From contig NW_027191462.1 of NCBI RefSeq assembly GCF_011745625.1, positions 434,001 through 498,000 on the forward strand: a stretch of DNA of 64,000 bases. The letters run 5' to 3'. A program made the position numbers and the translations under genes. This DNA is from Cladosporium halotolerans (lineage: Eukaryota). Below are positions 46,303 to 57,147 of this stretch, piece by piece; the first letter of the stretch is position 1; every line of letters starts with the position of its first letter. The notes under the pieces were generated by a model. That model was not told where the DNA came from, ran no database searches, and saw only the letters and a list, made by a program, of their open reading frames with translations.

Positions 46303-47154
46303 TTAAGCGTAGAACTTCAAACACCTGTCTGCAACATGGACCGCCTCGCATTCCACGCTACACGTCCTCTCGCCGCACTTCAAGCATTTGAACCTCCCCC
46401 AATAGCCGCAGGTCTGACAAAAGACCCTCGCAGGCGGCGCAGATGCAGGCCCAGGTGCAGAGCGTGCAGCATTGTAGGTCAGAGGCGGCGCGTCTACGAG
46501 TGCCTGCATTTCCTCCATCGTAGGCAGTCGCGGCACAGCATCGAAGTCGTGTTCCTCATCTCCCGTGCCAGCTCCTGGCTCAAAGGGTAATGTCAGCCCA
46601 TGTGCAAGGGTAGCGGGTCCAGGACTGCCACTCATGCTGCTCTGTTCACGCTGTATTCTTCTCGCAATCGGCATCTTGGTGGCCCGTTGTACAGGCTGCG
46701 CGACGGCAGCATCAGGATCCCTCTCCAACCCATCGATCTTGCCCGTCCGCGCCAGCTCTGCTTCTTCGTCATCCAAGTAATGCTTGAATTCTTTGCCACT
46801 GCTCAGAATCTTCTTGGTGTTCGATGTCTTGCCGGCTTTTGCTCCACCAGATCCACCGCTCGTTTGTTTGGGTATGGGGATGTTGACGTCCCTTGCATTG
46901 TCCGAGTTTAGGTCGCGGATTCGGCGCTCGATTTCGCGCTGTTGCCGCGCACTCAGAGCCTCGCGCTGGGCTTCTGTCTGGCCCAAGCCGGTCGTCCTAG
47001 CACGCTTTTTTCCCGCGACCTCGAAGGCAGCCTTTGACGGATCGGCGGCATCTTTTTTGACTGTCACCCAAGCGAAGCCTGGTTGGTGCCTCGAGTGTGT
47101 CGTAGGGATCTCCTCGATGTGAGGAGTGCGGAAGCGCAGGGGTCCCTCAGCCAT
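46303..47154 (-). CDS. VPS71: SWR1 complex subunit Vps71/Swc6 (HIT zinc finger)
   Basis: C-terminal PPARVFCQTCGYWGRFKCLKCGERTCSVEC...H...RC; internal KKILSSGKEFKHYLDDEE. ATG at 47154. Confidence 0.88.
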   Translation of the reverse strand: MAEGPLRFRTPHIEEIPTTHSRHQPGFAWVTVKKDAADPSKAAFEVAGKKRARTTGLGQTEAQREALSARQQREIERRIRDLNSDNARDVNIPIPKQTSGGSGGAKAGKTSNTKKILSSGKEFKHYLDDEEAELARTGKIDGLERDPDAAVAQPVQRATKMPIARRIQREQSSMSGSPGPATLAHGLTLPFEPGAGTGDEEHDFDAVPRLPTMEEMQALVDAPPLTYNAARSAPGPASAPPARVFCQTCGYWGRFKCLKCGERTCSVECEAVHVADRCLKFYA

Positions 47155-47759
47155 GATCGTGCGGATGGCGTGGCAGGTCGTGGACGCTGTCGCGTGCACG
47201 AGATGGGCATGTGAAAGCGCCGCCGATGAGGCCAACGCCCGCTCAGGCAACCTGGGGCTCCGGGGTAATCCCGCACGCTTGCCGCAGCGGCCGCCGCCTG
47301 CGGTAGATCATGCACCTGCATGCCCTCAGAATTACGTTCCACTTGACCGAAACACTACTGCGCGAGAGCTTACTTCCTCTTGCAGACCCCGACAGACGAC
47401 CGAAGAGGCTCCACGTCCTCTTGCGATTTCATCAGAGCGTTCCGAGATGCTCCGTAGACCCTCAGGCTCCGCCAGACACACGACCGCCTCGGCAAGTGGA
47501 CAGAACTTGTTCTCGGTGGGGCTTGAGTTTGTTTGGACAATTGGCTGCGTCACAGAGGCGACTGTAACCGCTGTGAGGACTGAGGCGCCGGTTTTTAGAA
47601 GAAGTCATTCCCCGTGGGTAGCTGTAGCTCCAAAACTCCCTCCTTTGCCCCGAAGCCTCTTACCATTCCTTACCACAAACCTCTACGCAGTAGAACGGCA
47701 CCATTCAGTCTCCAGTAGCACTCGCATACCGCGGAGCCACTCCCATAAACACGGCAACA

Positions 47760-48578
47760 ATGACTAGGCCGAGGACCATGACCCTCCCTACCACTCCGGG
47801 CAGGACGCCCGCCGTATACAAGCCAGCCGCTGCCCCTCCCATAGACCCGGCTCATGGTGCTGCGTTCATTTTCCTTCATGGTCTTGGTGACAGCGCTGAG
47901 GGTCTTGAGAGTAAGCACATTCAGTTGATCTGGCAACAAGAAAATGGCTGACACTTCCCAGACATTGCCGACCAGTTCCAGCAGAACAGCAAACTGCCTT
48001 GGATGCACTGGATCTTTCCCAATGCCAAAGAGAACCTCGACGCGCGAGCCACAGCCTGGTACCACCCCACAAAACTCTCCGACCGCCCTGAGCTCCAAGA
48101 TCCCGAGGACGAGGATGGCATGCTCGAGTCTGTCGCCTACGTCGAGTCGCTCATCGACGCATGCGTGAGCAAAGGCATCCCGCCTCAGCGCATCGTGCTC
48201 GGTGGCTTCAGCCAGGGATGCGCCATGTCGCTGCTTACCGACCTTACAAGCTCAAAATACGCCGGTCATCTGGCGGGCATCGTCGGCTTGATGGGATACC
48301 TGCCTTTGTGCAACCGCCTGCCCGACCTGCGCGCCAAATCCGGTCTGCCTGCCCAGCACGGCGACGTGCCCATCTTCATGGCGCGAGGAAAGCAAGACCA
48401 GATGATCCCCAAGAGCGTGTACGACCAGAGCATCAAGGCGCTGCACATGGTTGGCCTGTCTGAATCGTCATTGGAGAGCAAGGAATACGACGGTGTTGGA
48501 CACCAGCTCACCGGCACGGTGCTCAAGGACCTTAATGATTTCCTTCACAAGGTCGTGCCGGATCTCGGATCTTTCTAG
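47760..48578 (+). CDS. Acyl-protein thioesterase / phospholipase-carboxylesterase family alpha/beta hydrolase
   Basis: Motifs FIFLHGLGDS, WIFPNA, RIVLGGFSQG, GKQD and GVGH (catalytic triad); intron 47911-47961. An alternative ATG lies at 47778. Confidence 0.9.
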
Positions 48579-49063
48579 GTTGGCTTGTTGTCGTCCGAGC
48601 TTTCAATTTGCATTGCATTCTGTAGTATGATATCCACTCTGAATCCAGTCAAGAAGTGAACAATTGAACAAAGATTGATTAGCGAGAATCCTTCCTTCGG
48701 TATAGATTTGCCGTGCCAATCATCGATGGTTCTGGGTGTTGGCACTTTGCGATGATGCTTGAGTCCCTTGAGTTCAGTGCGGGGCTGAGGGGCAGTTCGA
48801 ACGTCGGCGACACGCGACTTTCAAAGAGCCGCCCGCGCCGTGAGGCAGTGGTACGACTCTGCTTCCTTCGACATTGGTTTTGCACCATCTTCGTCTCGTG
48901 TCACTCTGGAGTGAAGTATTGCTGAATTCAAACCAAATCTGTCACAGGAGTATTCCATACCGCAGAGTGATCTTGCGCGCCCAAGTTAACCCGCGACCGT
49001 GCACACCCACCATAGGCTAAGGCTGTTCGAGCGAAACTCTCACCTTCTACTGACCGACTCCCA

Positions 49064-50267
49064 ATGGCAGCAGCTGCAGTACCCATGTCTGAGCAGCAAG
49101 GTGAGCAGCTCACTACAAGTGAGGTGTTCTTCAGACACTTCCAGCAAGAAGCCACAGGTAATATTGTGACACCTCAGCTACCAGACAGCGAGTTCTCACA
49201 TCTTCACAGCCATACAAGAGGAGATAGCAAAGATTGAAGACTTCAGCAGCTCTGGCGGAGAGCGTGCAGATGCCGTCGACCATTGCCTTGCAGAGATTGC
49301 ACGTCTGTCGAACGAGGTGAAGGACGCTTCTTCCTCCATCCCTGCCTACGACAAGCGGACCTACTCCGATGCTATCAAGGGGCTATCAAGCAAACTGCAG
49401 GATGCCAGAGCGAAGGTGGCGCCGAGACAAAAATTCTCATTCAAGTCATCTTTCACTACACGGAAGAATGAATCTGCTATTAGCTTGAACGATGCAACCG
49501 CATTGCTGAACGAGAAGCGCCTCAACATCCCTGGCAACGCATCAGACACGTCTGCCGCCTCGAGCTTCGTCACCACACCATACGAGACCCAATCTCCTGC
49601 ACCAGAGCAAGCAGACGCAGTGGGAACCCTGCCCAGTGTGGGCGATCCCCAATCGCAAATGGCACAAGCGGCACGCCTCCGGATGTCGTTCTCTCAAAGC
49701 ACGTCCGTCAGCATCAACGACCACGCAGACCAGCACATCATCCTGCCGGCCTCAGCCGCTCACGCCACGAGCTCCGGCACGCTCTCGGACCTGCACCGCT
49801 GCGTCGTCGACATGTCGTCGCCAACCTCCACCGGCCAGCCTTTCGCAACCCTGACGCTGAAAAACATCAGCCAAAGCCTCATCGTCTGCGGGCACGTCAG
49901 CGGTGCCGCGCATTTGACCAACATCACGGACTCGATAATCGTTGTCGCTTGCCGGCAGTTCAGAATGCACGAGAGCAAAGGCTGCAAGGTGTACTTGCAC
50001 GCTTCTGGGCGGCCGATCATCGAGGATTGCTCCGGTGTGCAATTTGCTCCGCTGCCAGAGACGTATCTCAAGGAGGCGGACCGTGCTGTCGAGAACCAGT
50101 GGCGGGAGGTGGACGATTTCAAGTGGCTGCGGGCTGAGGCAAGTCCGAATTGGGGCGTGCTGGAGGAGTCGAAGCGGTTGCCTGAACAGGTGTGGCGGGA
50201 TGTCGTGCCGGGTGGTCCGAGTTTGGGCGCGGAGGATGTGCTGAGGGCGGCGGGTGTGCTGAAGTGA
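49064..50267 (+). CDS. Tubulin-specific chaperone C (TBCC)
   Basis: EVFFRHFQQE, intron 49158-49209, SSIPAYDKR, PRQKFSFK, VACRQFRMHES, PIIEDC and VDDFKWLR...SPNW. Confidence 0.92.
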
Positions 50268-50639
50268 TCGTCTGGCTGATGTTATGCGATATGGAAAAAT
50301 GCTGGTTTGTCTGCTGGCGTTCGTACATGGTCTTCAAGATTACAGGGAAGCTTTTCGGTTTTCTAGAAACTCAGCTATGGTGATTAATAGAAACGTAAAC
50401 GTTTGGAATCAAAACCAACATTTTCCGTCTGCGAATGCTGCTGTCGCTCTTCTGGTGGTTTAGCATCTAGCGGTACGCACAAGAGACGAATACACGGCAA
50501 ACGGATTGTAAGTCTGAACGAACATTTGATACTTTCGCCGGCCGGTGGCTGCCGACATGAGAAAACGCCCCGAACCCCGTAATATGTACATCGATCATTT
50601 CCCTCTTCCTCCTCCGACCATTCCATCCTCGCTCGCCGT

Positions 50640-51204
50640 CTATTTGGTGGTCTCGCCAGGGGTGACTGCGTATGTGGGGCGCACGAAACTGCCGGCGAGT
50701 TAGCACTCGCTGTGCAAATTTGCATGATTGATGTGATAAGGGGATCAGCAACGTACCGGTCGTTGTTGTAGATCTTGGACTCGGCGCCCATGAGCTCCTT
50801 CTCTCGCGCCTTCTCGGCCCAGTGTCTCCTCACGAGGTCACGGTCCTCCTCGGCCTGGAGCACGGGGATGAGGTGGATGCGCGACCACATCTTCTCGCGC
50901 GCGAGTTCGCTGGAAAATAATTCGTCAGCACTTCCCCTCTTCAATGCCCTCTACAAGCAGCGTCTCGTCTGTGCAGTCCTGCCTCGCGTCTCCGCTTTCC
51001 GCCTCTTCCTCCTCGGACGGGCTCCCTCTCCACGGATTCTGCTCACTTCTGTTCCCTAATTCCCTTTCCAACCTTGTAGAAACCGTAAGTGCAGATACCA
51101 GCGACGGCGACCAGGTAGTACGCAGGGCGGAACCCGCGCACGGGCAGGTTGCGGCGGTACTGGACGGGCTCGTAGCCGCCGGTCGGCGGCATGTCCTGGG
51201 GCAT
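50640..51204 (-). CDS. NDUFA13: NADH:ubiquinone oxidoreductase B16.6 subunit (GRIM-19)
   Basis: MPQDMPPTGGYEPVQYRRNLP...|ELAREKMWSRIHLIPVLQAEEDRD...|FVRPTY. Exons 51204-51047, 50909-50757 and 50688-50640. Confidence 0.95.
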
Positions 51205-51499
51205 TTTGGCGGCGGGAGAGCTCGGCGGAGCTCTGGTATATCGAGTGGAGAGTGTGGTGAGGGCGGGCGAGCGCAATGGCTTGGGTGGTTATGACGCTGT
51301 CGCTGTGAGGTTGCTCTCGTTCAATGCTGACCGCGCCGGGCTGAACTTCGGCCGAGCGCGGGCTTGGCGGCTGAGGGCAGGCCGACGCGGGCGCTGGCGC
51401 TGGGTTCAATTAGAGTTTTGGATTTTATTTGGACTTCAGTGTTGATATTTGAGCTAGGCGATACCGGTTCAGCGATTGGGGGCTGCACGATTATTCAGT

Positions 51500-52762
51500 A
51501 TGGAAGGCGATGAGAGACCACAGAAAATGCGCAAGCTGAGCAATGATCAGCGGGAGGCGATTCAGAGTGACAGTGATGCTGCTAAGAACGCTCCAACTGT
51601 CACCGAGACTCAATCAGTCAACGAGATTGACGCTTCTCATGGCAACAATGGCGAAATAGTGACGGAGAAGGACTTAGCACAGACTTCGAACGCTGCTAAA
51701 GCCAGTGATGCACCTCCTGCCGGATCTGCAGCTGTGGACAGCGATGGAAAACCTTTGTCAAAGAACCAACTCAAGAAACTCCGCAAAAAGCAAGAATGGG
51801 AAGCAGGTCGAGAGGAGCGCAAGATCATTCGCAAGGAGAAAGTCGTTGCTAAGCGTGAACGTAAACGCGAGGCTAGGGAGCAGGCCAAGGCAGAGGGTGG
51901 CGACGACCAACAGACAAGTGAAGAGAAGAGAATCCGGCATGTCACGCGTCCTGTTCAACTGCCTGTGACTTTCATCTTGGACTGCGATTTTGACAACCTG
52001 ATGCGCGACAACGAGCGCATTTCTCTCGCCTCGCAAATCACTCGATGCTACTCGGATAACAAGAACAGCAAGTTCCGATCACACTTAGCTGTCTCTTCTT
52101 TCGGCGGTCACCTCAAAGACCGCTTCGAAGGCCTTCTCAACGGAGTCTACAAATCATGGAAGGGCATGCGCTTCTTCGACGAAGACTTCGTCGAGACGGC
52201 CGAGAAAGCCAAGGAATGGATGGCAGCAGACACCAATGGCAAGCCATTCAAGGGCGCGTTTGCAAAGTACGCCAATCTGGAACCAGCAAAGATCGATGAG
52301 CTGAAAGAGCAAGGCGAGGTCGTCTATCTCTCGTCGGAATCCGACGACACCCTGACCGAGCTCAAGCCTTTCAGCACGTACATCATCGGCGGCTTGGTCG
52401 ACAAGAACCGCGAAAAGGGAATCTGTCACAAACGTGCCGTGCAGCGCAATGTGCGCACGGCTAAGCTTCCCATTGGAGACTATTTGGAGATGTCCAGCCG
52501 CAAGGTGCTGGCGACCAACCACGTCAACGAGATCATGGTACATTGGCTGGAGTGCGGGGATTGGGGCGAGGCGTTTATGAAGGTCATGCCAAAACGCAAG
52601 GGTGGCAAATTGAGGGAAGCGAACGCTTCAGGAGAGGCGGAAGAGGATGCCGTAGAAGCGGGCGCTGAAGATGAGGAGGCGCTGAAGGGCGAAGTTGAAA
52701 AGGTCGCGGAAGTTGGGACAGAGGAGCAGACGTTGAAGAGCTCAGAAGTCGCGGCTTCGTGA
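51500..52762 (+). CDS. TRM10: tRNA (guanine(9)-N1)-methyltransferase
   Basis: Motifs LSKNQLKKL, LDCDFDNLM, SQITRCYSDN, YIIGGLVDKNREKG, AKLPI, VLATNHV and MPKRK. Confidence 0.95.
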   Translation: MEGDERPQKMRKLSNDQREAIQSDSDAAKNAPTVTETQSVNEIDASHGNNGEIVTEKDLAQTSNAAKASDAPPAGSAAVDSDGKPLSKNQLKKLRKKQEWEAGREERKIIRKEKVVAKRERKREAREQAKAEGGDDQQTSEEKRIRHVTRPVQLPVTFILDCDFDNLMRDNERISLASQITRCYSDNKNSKFRSHLAVSSFGGHLKDRFEGLLNGVYKSWKGMRFFDEDFVETAEKAKEWMAADTNGKPFKGAFAKYANLEPAKIDELKEQGEVVYLSSESDDTLTELKPFSTYIIGGLVDKNREKGICHKRAVQRNVRTAKLPIGDYLEMSSRKVLATNHVNEIMVHWLECGDWGEAFMKVMPKRKGGKLREANASGEAEEDAVEAGAEDEEALKGEVEKVAEVGTEEQTLKSSEVAAS

Positions 52763-54107
52763 CAGACCGCCCGCTTCGGCGAAGCGATTCGATGGAAGCC
52801 TAGGCTGTCAAACATGAAACTGAAGGAGCCGGTCAAGCGCGTTGAACCAATATTTGCCATGCTGCATCTTCCATTGATCCGTGGGCAGAGTTGGCAGGCT
52901 GCATCCCAACGCCGGCGTACAGCCTTCGAATTCGGCATGCAAGGCCCATTTAGCCGGCTACCCTGGATGCGGCAATTAGGCGCAGTGTTGGCGGCACCCC
53001 TCGTGTTCGTTGCTGCTTTGGAATCCCACGGAGTTTGGCGCAGATCAAGGGCGGTCAGACATTTAGACGCGCGCTGCTGAGTTTGCCGCATCCCTAAGCG
53101 CCGTGACACCCCAATACAGTATTGCGGCGGCTAGATAATCTGCCTCGCCTGCATGATAGCATCAATTCTTGGCGTAGATCAGTCTGTTTGCCCGTATATA
53201 GACTTGAGAAGAAGAGTGGCTGTATCAATATCACTGAGAATGGCTCTCTGCGGGCTTGCTTCCTCTTGCTTCCTCACGCGTGATAGTCATCACATCAAAT
53301 ACCTGTTATGTTCCCATCCGCGCATATCTGCAATCGAGAAAGCAAAGATTGATGGTGTAGTGGCAGCGTGAGTATCGTTCGAGCATCAGTCGTTCGGCAC
53401 AGCTAGCCATCTGTCATTCCACGATGCAGACCTTTTGGACGGGTCACAGCTGAGGACTTGTCAAATGCCAAAAGCGACATACAGTGTAGCATCATACGCG
53501 CTCGCTCAAACCTTATACTGCTTATTGCAGTATACAGTAAAAATGGTATGAGGTGATGCCGATCTCATCGATCTGCCCGTGCGTAAGCCGTGCTCCCTCT
53601 TGAACAGAGATTCATCTGTACTTTCTGACTCTGTTGTTTCTATAGCAACAAGTTGCGGAAAAGAGAAAGTCACAGAGCCAGCTGGACGGTGCAACCAGCG
53701 ATGGAATGAGGGAATGTGTTAGGTGATTGATGGTTTAGAGGATTGGGAGGGTCGATCAGATCCGATGGATATGGGCTGCTCGTACAACAGCACGGACTTC
53801 GCGAACTCATCGTCACAAGATCACGCCAGCCTTTCCAGCTCTAAGAGTCGCGGCATTCTGATGCGAACGTGATCGCAGGTCGTTGGACTTGCACGTGGAA
53901 CTTGGCAGCGTCCTTGGTATCCGTTGGTGCGATGAATGTACGTAAGCGTGTGTATTTTGTGCGCGAGATTTTTGTCACTCGAATGACGGTCATCTGAGCT
54001 TCGACTTTCACATATATGTACAGTGAGAGTATTTCCCGGAGCTCGGGCCGATCTCACGTGCTTGCCGAGCCCGGCGTCCTGATATGGCACCATGATGGCC
54101 GATTGCT

Positions 54108-54692
54108 TTACATTTTAGCCTTGATCTCCTCGAGCAGCTGCTGTAGCTTTTCTTTGTTCACATTCTGGGACGGCCATCCAACGCCCAGACCTTCGGTCTC
54201 GTTCGGCTTCGGGATCATGTGCACTAGCATCGGGTCAGCAAACGCTTGCGAGCCCTCGTCGCCGCCGATAGGGCATACCGTGAACGTGGTCGACGACCTG
54301 GTGAGCGATTCTGCCGTTGTTCTGCAGGATGTTGAAATTCTCGGCGCCGGCAGCAAGGGCAATCTTCTTGGCTACCGGGAGGAGCTCGGCCAGAGAGTCA
54401 TCCGGAATGTCTGTGAGCTTCTCGCCGTGATGCTTGGGAATGACGAGCTGGAGGAAACAAAGCCGTCAACGACACGTTGATCACGATCACGAACAGAAGG
54501 TTTACTAACGGCGTGGCCCTTGCTCAATGGGTTGATGTCGAGGAACGCGAAGGTCTTGTCGCTCTCAAACAGCTTCATGGAGGGAATCTCCCCTGCGGCA
54601 GCGGTCAGGATCAGTGGCTTGCAGCAGAATAAGTGGCTCATGGCGCGAGACGCACCCTTGATGATTTTGCAGAATATGCACGCGGCTGCCAT
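54108..54692 (-). CDS. HNT1: HIT family adenosine monophosphoramidase (Hint)
   Basis: MAAACIFCKIIKG|EIPS...FLDINPLSKGHA|LVIPKHH...NNGRIAHQVVDHVH|VHMIPK (HxHxH motif); three introns. Confidence 0.95.
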
Positions 54693-55930
54693 GTTGAGGA
54701 GTGTGGTGCTGGGGTGAAGTGGTGTGCGATCGTGCGCGCCACTGGCTGGTGGCCCTCGTCGTCTGAAGCAGCCAGCGTGTTTGGTGAGTGACGCAGCTGT
54801 GCCGAGCTGCGGACAGGCGGGCAGCGGGGTCGTCGCACATGGCAAGGCATGGAGGCAGCGACGCTTGCGCGTGTGCGTGCAGCACACTACCAGAGCGCTA
54901 CTATAACGAGGCTGCATACCTGCCTCCGCGCAACCCATGTCGCCCTCCCTCGCGCTGCATGCAAAGCCCACCGTGCGAACCGTGAGCGAGCCTGCGGCGT
55001 GATGCCGCTTCGCACCCTGCATTGCAATTGCCGTGCCGCCACGCTGCCGTCTCGCGCCCCCTGGTGCCTCCCTGGGCTCAGCTTCGGACCTCACCATTCG
55101 TCTCACCTCCCCAGCCGACGTCTGTATCCCATGTCCAGCCTCGACTCGCCGCCTCCCACTTGAGGTTACACGAACGTCTCCAGCGCTCTTTGCGGCCATG
55201 TGGCGCCGCTGATCAGACACCGGGGACCGCGGCCGAGCCACGTGCTTTGTGTCATTCCACGTTGGCGAATGATAGCGTGACTGCTCCTTTGTCAGACGCC
55301 GGGTCAGATACTGCCTGTGATCGCCTGTATTGACCCCAGAGCCACGGCACGAATCATCTCAGCGAAGATCCTGCCACCGGAATAGGTCAATCGACGGACG
55401 CAGACCGGAAAGTCCCCGGTTTGGCGAAGTGATAGATATTTCTATGCCCTGCCTCTCATGTCTGAGGCACATCGAGCACTGAACGCCGCAGGGCTCCCGC
55501 AGCATCGCTGGGGTGATCTTGAGGGGGGCCAGGCTCTGCGGCCAACCTGCACTAGTCCAGTCACGCACCCATTCTTCTCTGCAGCAGAACCATCCACGGA
55601 CATGTCCGCTGCTACAATGCAGAGGCGTGCCGGGATCTTTCCCACTTCAGGCCTTTTCCGTGACGATAGCAGCCAGCGCTCTGGCCGGAGTCTTGACAGA
55701 TCACGCGCTGACGGTCTGTCAAGGCCCCAGAGGTCTTCAGATAAGTTCGCGTCCGACCCTCTGCCACGTTCCACCGATCGCTCTCATATAATCCCCCACA
55801 CGCCTTTTGTCGAAGTCAATTCATCTTACAATCAATCGTTTTCTCCTGACGGCACAACGCCGTACATCATTGGGTCTGGCTTTTTAATCCCAGCTTTGTG
55901 CTTTGGGAGGGATGCTGTTGTTTTGCGCTC

Positions 55931-57147
55931 ATGTCTTCTACCGCGTCACAAAGCCCGCTCCAGCATCACGGATCAACAGCGAACGGATCTTATTATTTCT
56001 GCATCGAAGGCGTATGTATCTGCATCTGGATCCAGGACAATACCACGCTGACGTTCCACATAAAGCTACCGAAACGATACACCTGGCAAGATCTCAAAGA
56101 TTTGGTGCGCCGAGAAGCGGCTCACGGAATATGGACGGAGATGGCATACTATCGAAACGGCCAGAGCGGTGATACTGGTTGGGCAAGATTGCAGCGCAGG
56201 GATGAGGCTGCCAGACTATACAGTGAGACTATATCCAGGGTCTTGCACCTTCCAACGCGTTACTGATGTTTTCTGCAGGGTTTCTGACAAGCAATGCTGT
56301 GGAGGGCCGACGGCTTCGCGTTCATCTTTTCGATACGAGTGTTTCGCCGCCACAACTCATAGCGCATACTTGCGGTGCCGCTCCATGTGTTACCAATGGC
56401 AGACCTATTGAGTCACCTCGTCCTCCCGGTACATCCAATTCGCAGACGCCTGCGCCCTACTCTGCTTACGTCGGTCAAAATGAATCGACGTATGCCGTCC
56501 AGCCGGCTTCGCCCTATGCCGTCTCTCCAGCTGTGATGCTCAGTCCACCTCCAGCGCAAGTGCCCTCGGTTTATTCTATGCAAGTTCTCCAGGCGAAAAT
56601 GCAAAGTATGGGAATGAATCCATCCGACCCAGCTGTGATTGCGGCAAGCCGCGCGAGACTCGCACAAGCATATTCAGCACAGCAGCAGCCTGTGCCACTT
56701 CAGGGACAGAATCCAGCGCAGGCTCCGGTTTATATCCCTACGTCAGCTGGCACTTATGTCAATGTCGGTCAAGGCGCGATCAAAACCGAGATTCGTGGGA
56801 TCTTCATCAGCAACATTGACTACAAAGCCAGCTCGAAGGATATCCAGGCTTTCTTTGGCAAAGCCGGAGAAATCGTCAAGTGCCAATTATTGAAAGATCC
56901 GGCGACAGGCAAATCCAAAGGCAATGCGACTGTGCAGTACGCATCTGCGAAAGATGCAAAAAAGGCAGTTGGGATGTTCAATAACGAGAAGTGGATGTCC
57001 ATGCGTCTCAAAGTGCGACTCGACAAAGAGCCCATTGCCGTTGGCACTTCTTCGAGCAGAGCCGGTGCGAGCACCAGCAATGGTCGCTCATCTCAGAGTC
57101 GGAACAGCAACGAGCCAATCATCGTCAATGGCAGTGTTTGCAAATGA
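55931..57147 (+). CDS. Two-RRM RNA-binding protein (N-terminal pseudo-RRM with TWQDLKD)
   Basis: Exons 55931-56011, 56066-56222 and 56279-57147. Motifs FCIEG|LPKRYTWQDLKDLVR, IFISNIDY and KSKGNATVQY. Confidence 0.8.

Noticed and set aside
53179..53294. Minus-strand GTGATGA...CTGA pair
   Set aside because: No terminal stem and no recognisable guide.
55408..55419. GAAAGTCCCCGG, matching the RNase MRP RNA P4 5' strand
   Set aside because: No partner GGGGCTYA-type CR-V within a plausible distance; the segment is explained by a local ACCGG/CCGGT hairpin.
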